Part shown: in pieces, positions 45,768 through 54,490 of the stretch | Layout: every line of letters begins with the position of its first letter | How positions within the stretch are numbered: the first letter of the stretch is position 1 | The notes under the pieces: generated by a model | Databases searched by the model: none | What the model was told of the DNA's origin: nothing | The model's input: only the letters and a program-made list of their open reading frames with translations | Position numbers and translations under genes: made by a program | DNA from: Patescibacteria group bacterium | Lineage (GTDB): Bacteria > Patescibacteriota > Microgenomatia > UBA1400 > MFAQ01 | Direction: 5' to 3' | NCBI GenBank assembly: GCA_943355005.1 | Contig: CALRDV010000002.1 | Location: forward strand, 131,826 to 195,825 | Length of the DNA stretch: 64,000 nt

Positions 45768-46880
45768 TTAAGTCTGTGTCCTCACCGGCATTACTACTTG
45801 TACCCAGCCATCATCATCTTCACGCTTAAACACACTTGGCTTCAATTCACCTTCCGTCTCCCAAACCACTCTCTCAGAATTATTCACCCCCAAGTAATCT
45901 AGCAAATACCTGGCGTTAAAAGCTACAGTTAATCCGTCGCCTTCAACTTCAGTTTCCAACTCTGTAGAATTACTACCTAGTTGACTACTTTCTGCCTTCA
46001 CAATTAGTTTTTCTTCATCAATAGACATTTTTACAATATTTGCATTATCCCGCGCAAACAAATTGGCCCTCTTGACCGCTTCCAATAGCTCTTCTCGGTT
46101 AAACACCGCCTTAGTTGAATAAGTATTCGGCATGATTTGTTGATAGGGTGGAAACTCCCCTGCAATCAGTCGAGATGAAACTTCCAAATCGGCAATAGTA
46201 AAAATTACTTGTTGGTTCTCTTTATCAAATTCAATTCCAAAACTATCCTCCCCTGTCTCGGCTAATACTTTTGAGATTTCTTGTAGAGATCTGGCCGGCA
46301 GAATAAATCTGGTATTTTTTTCTATCGTCGTTTTAACCACACTTAGTTTGTCTACACTAAGTCTGTATCCATCCGTCGCGGCCAAAATAGTTTTATTTTC
46401 ATCCAGTTCCCAAAGTACCCCAGTTAACACCGGTCTAGTATCATCTCTGGCAGCCGAAATACAAACTCTATCCATCTTCTGGCGAAATTCTCCACTCTTC
46501 AAAGTAATCTGTACTTTCTTGGCTCTAGGAATACTTGGATAGTCTTCCACACCTTGTCCTACCACTTCGGCATTGATTCCCTTAGCTGACACAGTCAATG
46601 TGTTTTTATCCGAAGAAAGAGTTACATTCCCGACAGGTAAACTGGAAACCAGTTCTCCAAAAAGTTTGGCTGGTACCACCATCTCACCCTCTTCGTCGAT
46701 CTTGGCCGGCAACTTCACCCAGAAACTTACTTCCAAGTCGGTCGAGACCAAGTTTACTTCATTTTTAGTTACTTTCAAAAGTACTCCTGAAAGAATCGGC
46801 AACTGAGGCCTTGCCCCAATTCCCCTATTTACGATTCCCAAATATTTCTTTAAATCTGTTGCTTGGACTGTTATCTTCAT
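45768..46880 (-). CDS. dnaN: DNA polymerase III beta subunit (sliding clamp)
   Basis: 370 aa: MKITVQATDLKKYLGIVNRGIGARPQLPILSGVLLKV, a three-domain clamp pattern. Confidence 0.9.
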   Translation of the reverse strand: MKITVQATDLKKYLGIVNRGIGARPQLPILSGVLLKVTKNEVNLVSTDLEVSFWVKLPAKIDEEGEMVVPAKLFGELVSSLPVGNVTLSSDKNTLTVSAKGINAEVVGQGVEDYPSIPRAKKVQITLKSGEFRQKMDRVCISAARDDTRPVLTGVLWELDENKTILAATDGYRLSVDKLSVVKTTIEKNTRFILPARSLQEISKVLAETGEDSFGIEFDKENQQVIFTIADLEVSSRLIAGEFPPYQQIMPNTYSTKAVFNREELLEAVKRANLFARDNANIVKMSIDEEKLIVKAESSQLGSNSTELETEVEGDGLTVAFNARYLLDYLGVNNSERVVWETEGELKPSVFKREDDDGWVQVVMPVRTQT

Positions 46881-46983
46881 TCTTTAAATATTGTATATGT
46901 ATTCTTTTAATTAAATGCTTCTTGTTTGCTTACTAATATATTATTTATCTTAAATAAATATAGTAGTTATTAGTAATAGGTGA

Positions 46984-47229
46984 CGTGGATAAGTGGAGAC
47001 TAGCTTCAGCACGTGCCTGTTTTTCGTGTTACTAAGTTTTTATCGACTCATACATCCATCCTTTTGTCTCTTTGTCTCAGAATCTACTCACAAAAATAAA
47101 CTAACAACTCTATATTCTTGTGGATTCTTTTCTGGATAACTTGGCGACTTGTCCACCTACTTTTAAAATTTTAAAGACTTCTGCACACTTTGAATAGATA
47201 TCCACAGCACGTGGATAACTTGTGGATAT
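46984..47229. promoter_or_regulatory. oriC-like DnaA-box cluster between dnaA and dnaN, with adjacent AT-rich unwinding region (~46881-46980)
   Basis: Matches to TTATCCACA or its complement: CGTGGATAA (~46984), TGTGGATTC (~47119), CTGGATAAC (~47132), TTGTCCACC (~47149), ATATCCACA (~47198), CGTGGATAA (~47210), TGTGGATAT (~47221). There is another box, CTATCCACA, at ~48672 upstream of dnaA. Confidence 0.65.
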
Positions 47230-48681
47230 TTACGTGTATAACGCTTGTTTTAGTGCATTAACTTTTCGCCTGATATCCACGTTTTCTTCTATCTGCACTT
47301 TCATTTTTTCGACCGCGTGCATTACTGTTGTATGATCTCTCCCGCCCATCAGTTCGGCAACTTCGGTCAAATTTAGGTCGAGGATATCTCTCAAGATATA
47401 CATCGTAATGTGTCTAGCTACCACCAAGTCCGCTTTTCTACTGGTACCCAAAAGATCTTTATTTCGGAAATCAAAGTATTTGGCGACGGTAGAAATTACT
47501 TTGAGTGGTCTGACTTTAATATCCTTCACTGTGCTTGATGGTAGTCCTAGGTTCTTCTGTACCATTTCTTTGGTCAGCACTACCCCGTCCAAGTTTGCTG
47601 TTGCCGCCAACTGTCCAAAAGTTCCCTCCAGTTCTCTGGCATTCGTAGGGAAGCTGGTAGCCATAAGCTCAAACGCGCCATCGTCAACATCCACTTTAAG
47701 ATCAAGTGCTCTCTGTTTGAGTATTGCGAGTCTCATTTCATAATCAGGTAAGCCAATATCCACCATCATTCCTCCGAGGAATCTACTACGGAGCCTTGCT
47801 TCCAATCCCACAATCTCTTGGGGCTTGCGATCGCTCGTCATAATTATTTGTACTTGCCTATTCGTCAATTCATTGAAAGTGTGGAAGAACTCTTCTTGTG
47901 TTGAATCTTTTCCTCCAAAAAACTGTACATCGTCGACGAGAAGAGCTCCCACTTGGCGATACTTCTTCTTAAAAGCGTCAACAAGTTTAGATTTAAAAGA
48001 ACCGACCAGGTCGTTGGTAAACTGTTCGCTGGTAATGCACATAATTTTTCCAACTCCTTTTTTGACCAGTTCGTGCCCTACTGCATGCATCAAGTGAGTC
48101 TTCCCTACTCCAACCCCTCCATATATAAATAGAGGATTATGTCTCGTCCCGGGGAAATCTACCACTGCCTTGCCGGCAGCGAAAGCCAACCTATTCGAAC
48201 TTCCGACCATATAAGATTCAAAGTGATATCTGGGATTAAGATTTGTGTTGGTAGACTTGCTATCTTCTTGTGGTGCGAAGAGACCGATGTTTGTCTCATT
48301 AGGTTTTGCGCTTTCAAAATCCTTTTTCGGGTATTTTGTCTCTTTGTTTTGCTCTATTACAAGCAGTGCAATGTCACATCTTTTTCCTGAAATTTTCTCA
48401 GCAGACTGCTTTATGATGCTGTAATACTTGGTTTCAACTGTGTGACTCAGAAATGCCGACGGAGTTACTAGTTCAAGGAGTAGTCTTTCTTCATCAATGG
48501 AAGTAATAGAACGTAAATAACAAGGCTTGATAAAGCCCGCAAAACTTGCCGGAGTCATAGATACACCAAGCTCTCCGCAAATACTATGCCATAATTTCTC
48601 ACTGTCCATACCGTCATTCTCAACACTTATCCACATTTTTACAACCCCCAATTTACCCAAAAAGACTACTACTATCCACAT
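47230..48681 (-). CDS. dnaA: Chromosomal replication initiator DnaA. The true start is probably the internal ATG at ~48609.
   Basis: AAA+ Walker A GGVGVGKTHLMHAVG, Walker B LLVDDVQF, and the C-terminal DNA-binding domain (ADLVVARHITMYILRDILDLNLTEVAELMGGRDHTTVMHAVEKM). The first 24 codons of the track ORF overlap a DnaA box. Confidence 0.9.
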   Translation of the reverse strand: MWIVVVFLGKLGVVKMWISVENDGMDSEKLWHSICGELGVSMTPASFAGFIKPCYLRSITSIDEERLLLELVTPSAFLSHTVETKYYSIIKQSAEKISGKRCDIALLVIEQNKETKYPKKDFESAKPNETNIGLFAPQEDSKSTNTNLNPRYHFESYMVGSSNRLAFAAGKAVVDFPGTRHNPLFIYGGVGVGKTHLMHAVGHELVKKGVGKIMCITSEQFTNDLVGSFKSKLVDAFKKKYRQVGALLVDDVQFFGGKDSTQEEFFHTFNELTNRQVQIIMTSDRKPQEIVGLEARLRSRFLGGMMVDIGLPDYEMRLAILKQRALDLKVDVDDGAFELMATSFPTNARELEGTFGQLAATANLDGVVLTKEMVQKNLGLPSSTVKDIKVRPLKVISTVAKYFDFRNKDLLGTSRKADLVVARHITMYILRDILDLNLTEVAELMGGRDHTTVMHAVEKMKVQIEENVDIRRKVNALKQALYT

Positions 48682-48755
48682 CAGTTCTCTTCCGTTGCTT
48701 TTCTAGGGTATAATACTAAACAGTCACGTGATTCTCACGCAACAAACAAAACCCT

Positions 48756-48893
48756 ATGCCAAAAAGAGTATACCAACCAAAAAAAGTCAAACGTATTAGA
48801 AAGCACGGTTTTCGTATCAAGATGGCCTCAGCTGGTGGTCGAAACGTAATCAAACGTCGCCGAGCCAAAGGTAGAACCAAGTTAGCCCTCTAA
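48756..48893 (+). CDS. rpmH: 50S ribosomal protein L34
   Basis: Hand translation gives [45 protein letters not shown], which matches the L34 consensus (...THGFRARM...GR.V...RR.KGR..L). The stop appears to overlap the rnpA ATG (TAATG). It is too short for the supplied ORF track. Coordinates are +/-1. Confidence 0.7.
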   Translation: MPKRVYQPKKVKRIRKHGFRIKMASAGGRNVIKRRRAKGRTKLAL

Positions 48894-49240
48894 TGCCTCT
48901 TCCGGCCATAAACCGGCTTCCCCTTCGATTTGAAAGAGATCGCCTTACACGTGAGGGTCGTTCATTCCACACCCGTCACTTTACCCTCGTCACCGCACCC
49001 TTTGACTCGCCAGAGCTGAAAGCGACGGCGAGCCGCTTCTCCATCCTCCTCTCGAAAAAAACCGCCCGCCTAGCCGTCGACCGCAATCTCATTAAACGCC
49101 GTACCTCCGCCATCCTGGCCCAAATACTCCTCTCCTTCCCTCCGGCCGATTACCTAATCATCCCCAAACGCTCCGTTCTGGACACCCCCCTCCCCGAACT
49201 TCTCTCCGACCTCTCCACTGCCATCCCCAAACTCAGATAA
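48893..49240 (+). CDS. rnpA: Ribonuclease P protein component
   Basis: 115 aa, basic, with LLSKKTARLAVDRNLIKRR (the RnpA RNR-like motif). It is in the conserved rpmH-rnpA order. The gene is conspicuously GC-rich (~57%) relative to its surroundings. Confidence 0.8.
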   Translation: MPLPAINRLPLRFERDRLTREGRSFHTRHFTLVTAPFDSPELKATASRFSILLSKKTARLAVDRNLIKRRTSAILAQILLSFPPADYLIIPKRSVLDTPLPELLSDLSTAIPKLR

Positions 49241-49242
49241 TG

Positions 49243-49277
49243 TTGTCATTCCCGACCCGATCGGGAATCCATTCTCT
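49243..49277. repeat. Dispersed palindromic repeat copy (gtcattcccgacccgatcgggaatcc)
   Basis: Located immediately after the rnpA stop codon. Stem TTCCCGA/TCGGGAA. Confidence 0.7.
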
Positions 49278-49365
49278 CTATTCACCCCATAACTATACTT
49301 TTGCTTGATTTACAGCTACAATCCCCTCAGAAAGTATCCGCACGTTTAAAAAGGAGAAAAACCAA

Positions 49366-49887
49366 ATGTCCGACTCAAATTGGATTACTGACGCAATTGA
49401 AAAAGGAAAAAGCAAAAAGAATAAGTCCGACGAACTTAGAAAACAAATAGAAGTTCAAAAACAACTAGACAAAAAGAGAAAAATCGAAGAAAGTAAAACA
49501 CTATTTTGGATGGTCTGTGGAAAAAGTTATTCTGAAATAGAGAATCTATTGTCGAATAGGTCTGGGTTGAACATTACAACTTACCGTGGTGAAATTGTGA
49601 GTCATGTACATACACCTATAGTCACCTCATACTATGATGAAGTCCATGTCGACAATGAAGGAGGATCCGTTTACCAACATGCATGTACATATGGGGTAAC
49701 TTGGACAATTAACTTTCACGATAAACAGATGGAATTTTCTTTAGTTGTGAAAAGATACACAAATACTAAAATGGTATTATTTGTGATACCTTTTGAAGAA
49801 GTAAAATACACCCCATCTACAAACGTAGAAAAGGTTAAAAAAATGATCGAGGATTGGCTCATCGAGATTTATTCCGAACAAAAATAA
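49366..49887 (+). CDS. Hypothetical protein
   Basis: 173-aa ORF with a good RBS (AAAAAGGAGAAAAACCAAATG) and a rho-independent terminator just downstream (ACAGGGCCGAGACCCTGTTTTTTT). Confidence 0.5.
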   Translation: MSDSNWITDAIEKGKSKKNKSDELRKQIEVQKQLDKKRKIEESKTLFWMVCGKSYSEIENLLSNRSGLNITTYRGEIVSHVHTPIVTSYYDEVHVDNEGGSVYQHACTYGVTWTINFHDKQMEFSLVVKRYTNTKMVLFVIPFEEVKYTPSTNVEKVKKMIEDWLIEIYSEQK

Positions 49888-49944
49888 CCACCGAACAGGG
49901 CCGAGACCCTGTTTTTTTATACAAAAAAGCAGGGTCTCCCCTGC

Positions 49945-50280
49945 TTAAAATTCTAAATCAACAATTAATTTCTTATTCAAGATACTATTTGTTTTAACTT
50001 CAATATAAAGTTTTGCTCGGGCAATCTTAAGCTCAAAATCAAGCTGTGCAATCGACACTGCCATATCAACAATCTCTTGCGGTACATCTACTGTTCCTAG
50101 TAAAGCATAATCTTCTTGATCAAGATTAAAGCCGGTAAATGCGTAAACTTGCTTGTCGACGACATTGATACATAATCTACCCAGCTCCTCAATTATCAAC
50201 CTTCGCATTAATCTTCCTCCCCCGCGACCAAAGTCCAAAACACTATCCGGAACCCTCTGACTAATTAGTTTAGCTTTCAT
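49945..50280 (-). CDS. Hypothetical protein (111 aa)
   Basis: ORF with its own terminator hairpin on the minus strand (AAGCAGGGGAGACCCTGCTTTTTT). No motif recognised. Confidence 0.4.
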   Translation of the reverse strand: MKAKLISQRVPDSVLDFGRGGGRLMRRLIIEELGRLCINVVDKQVYAFTGFNLDQEDYALLGTVDVPQEIVDMAVSIAQLDFELKIARAKLYIEVKTNSILNKKLIVDLEF

Positions 50281-50330
50281 GATAGCTCCTTTTAAAGTCC
50301 TAAGTCTTGCCCCTATTCTATCAGAATCAA

Positions 50331-50930
50331 TTATTTTATAGACGAGTTTAAAATCTTCGCCATTTCCTCTATTACTTGCTCCCCACTCTCATACTTAATT
50401 CCTTTAATCCCAAATTCTTTAGATGCTTCCAAATTATCCTCAGAATCATCTACATATATACATTCCTCACCTTTCAAATCGTTCTCAATCAGCAAGTTTT
50501 GAAAAGCCATTGGATCCGGTTTTACAAATCCTGTTTCCCAGGAAAAATAAGACTTATCAACTACTTCAAATAGCTCCGGAAAATATTTTCTGTAATACTC
50601 AGTCCTCTCCTTAAAATTATTTGAAAGGGTAAAAACCTTAAATCCACCATCTCTTAAAGATCTGGCATAATTACACATCTGATCGTTTATAGACTCACCA
50701 GAGAAGTAAAATTCAAAAAACTCATCCAATCTCATACCGACCAAATTCAATAAAGGTGTCCAGACCTCTTCACCTTTGCGGACAGTGTTCCTTACCTCCT
50801 TAAGGATTGGCTTCATCACCCCAAGAATCTCCTCTAAGGATTTATCTGATTTTTCCGCCAGTCTTTCACTGAGGTTTTTACTTAGTAGGAAGACTCCATT
50901 CAAATCAAAGATTACTGCTTTTATGGGCAT
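50331..50930 (-). CDS. HAD superfamily hydrolase
   Basis: N-terminal VIFDLNGVF (motif I) and a C-terminal YVDDSEDNLEASKEFGI (motif IV region). Confidence 0.65.
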   Translation of the reverse strand: MPIKAVIFDLNGVFLLSKNLSERLAEKSDKSLEEILGVMKPILKEVRNTVRKGEEVWTPLLNLVGMRLDEFFEFYFSGESINDQMCNYARSLRDGGFKVFTLSNNFKERTEYYRKYFPELFEVVDKSYFSWETGFVKPDPMAFQNLLIENDLKGEECIYVDDSEDNLEASKEFGIKGIKYESGEQVIEEMAKILNSSIK

Positions 50931-50966
50931 ACGGCTAATTTTATCAGTTCGAGATATAATTCAACC

Positions 50967-51197
50967 GTGATTTCCTTCTACCAAAAATACATTTCTCCTT
51001 ACTACCACGCCCTAGGTCATGCCCTTTTTGGGGATACTTTTGCTTGTCGTTTCTCTCCTACTTGTTCCGAGTACTCCAGACAAGCCTATTCTTCATATGG
51101 TATTATTGTCGGGACAAAACTCTCCGTCAGTCGCTTCCTCCGATGTCAACCTTTTAGTAAAGGCGGACTAGACCCACTACCTGCTAAAATCAAATAA
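50967..51197 (+). CDS. yidD: Membrane protein insertion efficiency factor YidD
   Basis: 76 aa: YQKYISPYY ... CRFSPTCSEYSRQA ... G..KG..RLLRCHP-like pattern. Confidence 0.8.
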   Translation: MISFYQKYISPYYHALGHALFGDTFACRFSPTCSEYSRQAYSSYGIIVGTKLSVSRFLRCQPFSKGGLDPLPAKIK

Positions 51198-51199
51198 CT

Positions 51200-51937
51200 A
51201 TGCTCGCACCACTAAACAACCTTCTCTATCAATCTCTCGTCTTTTTCTATCATCTCTTTGGTGGTAATTTGGGCTTACCTATCATTGCTATTACTCTCAT
51301 CACAAAGTTAGTTCTCCTTCCTTTAGTTCTTCCGTCCATGAAATCAGCCAAGAAGATGCAAGATCTAAAGCCACATCTAGATAAACTAAAATCTAAACAT
51401 ACAGACAAGAAAGATCTCCAGACAGCACAAATGGCTCTTTACAAAGAGCACGGTATCAATCCTGCTGCCGGATGTCTCCCTCAAATTGTTCAGATTATCA
51501 TTCTCATTGCCCTCTACGGAGTCTTTATAGACTTTATTAAACAGCCTTCTATTGGCGGTGTAGTGGTTAATCCGCATTTCTTATATTTAGATCTTACAAA
51601 ACCTGACCATACCTATATCATGCCGGTACTTGCAGGATTAACTCAGCTAATCTTCTCTCTTATGATGCAGTCAGGGGTTGAATCACATGTTGTCAATCCA
51701 AAAAATAAAGAAGAGAAGAAAAAAGAAGAAGATAACTTGGAAATGGCAGCCAGTATGCAACAGCAGATGATCTACATGATGCCTCTAATGACTGTCCTTA
51801 TTTCACTCAACTTCCAATCTGGTCTTATCCTCTACTGGGTTGCTTCCACCGTTTTCTCCATTATTCAGCAGTACTACTTCTCCGGTCTAGGCGGTCTCAA
51901 ACCCGTCCTACTTAAACTAAAGATTATTAAACAATAA
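51200..51937 (+). CDS. yidC: Membrane protein insertase YidC/Oxa1 family (short Gram-positive type)
   Basis: 245 aa, 5 TM: IITKLVLLPL, QMALYKEHGINPAAGCLPQIVQIIILIALY, PLMTVLISLNFQSGLILYWVASTVFSIIQQ. Confidence 0.8.
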   Translation: MLAPLNNLLYQSLVFFYHLFGGNLGLPIIAITLITKLVLLPLVLPSMKSAKKMQDLKPHLDKLKSKHTDKKDLQTAQMALYKEHGINPAAGCLPQIVQIIILIALYGVFIDFIKQPSIGGVVVNPHFLYLDLTKPDHTYIMPVLAGLTQLIFSLMMQSGVESHVVNPKNKEEKKKEEDNLEMAASMQQQMIYMMPLMTVLISLNFQSGLILYWVASTVFSIIQQYYFSGLGGLKPVLLKLKIIKQ

Positions 51938-51942
51938 TAAAA

Positions 51943-52404
51943 ATGGACCAATCAAAAGTAACCGAAATACTTTCTAATGTCTTAACTCAGCTGGAGTTAA
52001 AAGATGAACAAATTAAAATTGAAGTCGCCGACGAAGATAATATCAGTATCTTGCTTACTCCTTCCACGGACGCTGCCGGTATTTTTGTTGGTCACCACGG
52101 TGAAGGTCTCGCTTCTCTTCGGATGATTTTCTCACTCATGATCTACCAGCGATTTGGTGTCTGGCCCAAACTTCATCTAAATGTAAATGACTACCAAGAG
52201 CGTCGAGAAGACTCTCTCAAAGAACTGGCTCAAAATGCAGCCGATCGCGCCATCTCTCTACAGAAAGAAATCATTCTTCCTAATCTCAGTTCCTATGAGC
52301 GACGAATAATTCACCTATTCTTGGAAGAAGTTCCGGGTGTCCGCACCGAATCCCGAGGTGAAGCCCCCTATCGCCAGATGGTAATCATCCCCACGGCAGA
52401 ATAA
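51943..52404 (+). CDS. jag: Jag/KhpB-like RNA-binding protein (KH + R3H domains)
   Basis: The C-terminal LSSYERRIIHLFLEEVPGVRTESRGEAPYRQMVIIP is the R3H motif region. It sits in the conserved position after yidC. Confidence 0.7.
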   Translation: MDQSKVTEILSNVLTQLELKDEQIKIEVADEDNISILLTPSTDAAGIFVGHHGEGLASLRMIFSLMIYQRFGVWPKLHLNVNDYQERREDSLKELAQNAADRAISLQKEIILPNLSSYERRIIHLFLEEVPGVRTESRGEAPYRQMVIIPTAE

Positions 52405-52601
52405 TAATAAAAATTCTCAATAAGTACGTTCATGTACTTTGCTGAAATCATATGAGTAATTTTTTTTCGAACAAATCCGTCGCAGTGCGTCGTAAATCTG
52501 TTTTGAATTCAATGAAATAGTGGCGAGTGCGGCACACTCTTGACGTGTGCGGTTTGAGACCACGTAGATGAGAAATAGATTTACAGCAACCGACGTTCCC
52601 T

Positions 52602-53789
52602 GTGAGAAAAAGATTTGCGAACATGAAAGAACGAAGTACAATCGTCATAGTGTTTTCAACCATCCTTCTAAATCTAATAGTATTCTTCCTCCCCACACAG
52701 TTGGGTATACATTTTTGGCCGGATTTCTCCCGCGCCGCCGGCATCAAGGTGGATTATCTCTCCCCCACTTTATATTTCACAGACCTCCTTCTTATTTCAT
52801 ACATCATCGCTAGTTTCTCAAAACTACTAACCTGGTCGAAGAAAAACATCAAAGTTCTACTAATATTTTTGCTGTTTATCTCTTTCAATTCTATCTTTGG
52901 CATCTCCACTCTCAACACACTGTTTTGGTGGCTTAGACTTTCACTGTACCTGGCTCTCTTTGTCGCTTTTCGTCAAAATAAAATCACCTGGTCGCAAATC
53001 AAAAATCCTCTTATCGTCTCTACTGCGCTAGTGGTTGTCTTGCAAGCAATTCAGACATATCTTCAACACTCCCTAGGCGGACCCTTATATTTGCTAGGTG
53101 AAAGAACATTTAACACATCCACCACAGGGCTGGCACGGATGAATTTGTTCGGTCTCGACTTTGTCCGTTCACCTGCCACATTCTCACATCCGAACTCCTT
53201 ATCAGGCTATCTGCTGATGGTCTACTGTCTTCTGGATTTTTACAAATCCCCTCTCTGGCAGCGACTAATAGTCTTTCTTGGTCTAATTCTTACTTTTTCA
53301 AAAGCTTCTTTATTAGCCTTTCTTTTGACAATCAGCTTTCACATAAATTCAGTGATGTTAATAAACCTCACTATTGTGTTTTCTTTTTTACAGCCTTTTC
53401 TGCCTGCTATCCCCAGTGCAGTTCAATTTATCTCTGATCGTCTCTTTTTACTTCTTCCGGCAAAAAACATAATTTATGGTTCATCATTGCTTGGAGTAGG
53501 ACTTGGAAACTTCATCCCGGCTCTCGTCTCTTATATTCCTGGGTCATTTCTGATACCTGAGAAGTTACAGCCGGTTCACAACTTACTTCTCTTGCTCATA
53601 TCAGAGATTGGCTTTGTAGGCCTCACTCTCCTTCTGATTATCATTAAGACTAATATAAAAAGAGTTAACAAACAGAGATTTTTGGTAATTTTGGCCATTG
53701 TTCTAATTACAGGTATTTTTGATCATTATTGGTGGACCCTTCCCCAAAACAAAATAATCTTCCTTCTCGCCACCGCCATTATGCTTTAG
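52602..53789 (+). CDS. Polytopic membrane protein, O-antigen ligase/polymerase (Wzy_C)-like
   Basis: 395 aa with ~11 TM segments and a large loop. The membrane topology is typical of the family. Motif-level confidence is modest. Confidence 0.45.
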   Translation: MRKRFANMKERSTIVIVFSTILLNLIVFFLPTQLGIHFWPDFSRAAGIKVDYLSPTLYFTDLLLISYIIASFSKLLTWSKKNIKVLLIFLLFISFNSIFGISTLNTLFWWLRLSLYLALFVAFRQNKITWSQIKNPLIVSTALVVVLQAIQTYLQHSLGGPLYLLGERTFNTSTTGLARMNLFGLDFVRSPATFSHPNSLSGYLLMVYCLLDFYKSPLWQRLIVFLGLILTFSKASLLAFLLTISFHINSVMLINLTIVFSFLQPFLPAIPSAVQFISDRLFLLLPAKNIIYGSSLLGVGLGNFIPALVSYIPGSFLIPEKLQPVHNLLLLLISEIGFVGLTLLLIIIKTNIKRVNKQRFLVILAIVLITGIFDHYWWTLPQNKIIFLLATAIML

Positions 53790-53792
53790 AAT

Positions 53793-54233
53793 ATGGCTAT
53801 GTCGAAAACAATTGAACTCCTCGAAATAAACACTGATGGTGGCTCACGTGGTAATCCGGGTCAGGCGGCTATTGGTGTGATTGCAGTTTCTGGTGGACAA
53901 AAAGTATTTTCACTTTCCGAAAGAATTGGAGAAACTACGAATAATGTAGCTGAATATACTGCAGTACTTCGAGCTCTCGAGACTATAGAGGAAAAAGAAA
54001 TTTACACCGAAAAGATTCGCTTTATTTTAGATTCGGAATTAATCCTAAAACAAATTACCGGCGCTTACAAAGTTAAACAGCCGCACCTACAAGTCCTTCG
54101 TAAAAAAATAGTGGACCTAATCAAAAAGTTACGCGATTCTGGACAGATAAAGTTAATGTCATTTGTGAATGTACTGCGTGAGAAAAACAAAGAAGCTGAC
54201 AAGCTTGTAAATGACGCTCTCGATAACCAATAG
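53793..54233 (+). CDS. rnhA: Ribonuclease HI
   Basis: INTDGGSRGNPGQAAIGV ... NNVAEYTAVLRALE ... D..NKEADKL, the RNase H catalytic DEDD pattern. Confidence 0.85.
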   Translation: MAMSKTIELLEINTDGGSRGNPGQAAIGVIAVSGGQKVFSLSERIGETTNNVAEYTAVLRALETIEEKEIYTEKIRFILDSELILKQITGAYKVKQPHLQVLRKKIVDLIKKLRDSGQIKLMSFVNVLREKNKEADKLVNDALDNQ

Positions 54234-54242
54234 AAATTTCAA

Positions 54243-54282
54243 ATTCGTCTTGTCATTCCGGGCTTGACCCGGAATCCATCCC
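54243..54282. repeat. Dispersed palindromic repeat copy (gtcattccgggcttgacccggaatcc variant)
   Basis: Immediately after the rnhA stop. The stem has compensatory substitutions (TTCCGGG/CCCGGAA) relative to the TTCCCGA/TCGGGAA variant. Confidence 0.7.
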
Positions 54283-54490
54283 AAAAATACCTGATATTTT
54301 CTAAGTAATAATTTATGTGGATAAGTCTAATCGAAGCTATGCCTAAATTTTCACATGTAGAATGTACATACAGAAAAGAAAATATAGTGTGCGTAGAAGA
54401 AATTTTGAACAAGCCTAAAAATATATAGAGAAACTGTACGAACAGTAGAGTCTTAAAAAGTAAAAAGAGTAAATCCTCTATACTAAATTA

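Noticed and set aside
48756-48893. While hand-translating rpmH I briefly thought there was a +1 frameshift (an extra C after the GG codons) that would truncate L34.
   Set aside because: Coordinate arithmetic argues against it. ATG at 48756 plus 46 codons ends exactly at 48893, and the supplied ORF track places the rnpA ATG at 48893 (TAATG overlap). The apparent extra base was most likely my own transcription slip. I do not report a frameshift, but the junction should be verified computationally.
52417-52601. The intergenic region upstream of the O-antigen-ligase-like gene has short complementary segments (GCGGCACAC...GTGTGCGG). I considered an ncRNA or riboswitch.
   Set aside because: I could not fold a convincing conserved structure or recognise any known RNA motif by eye. 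It is left unannotated. An Rfam scan would settle it.
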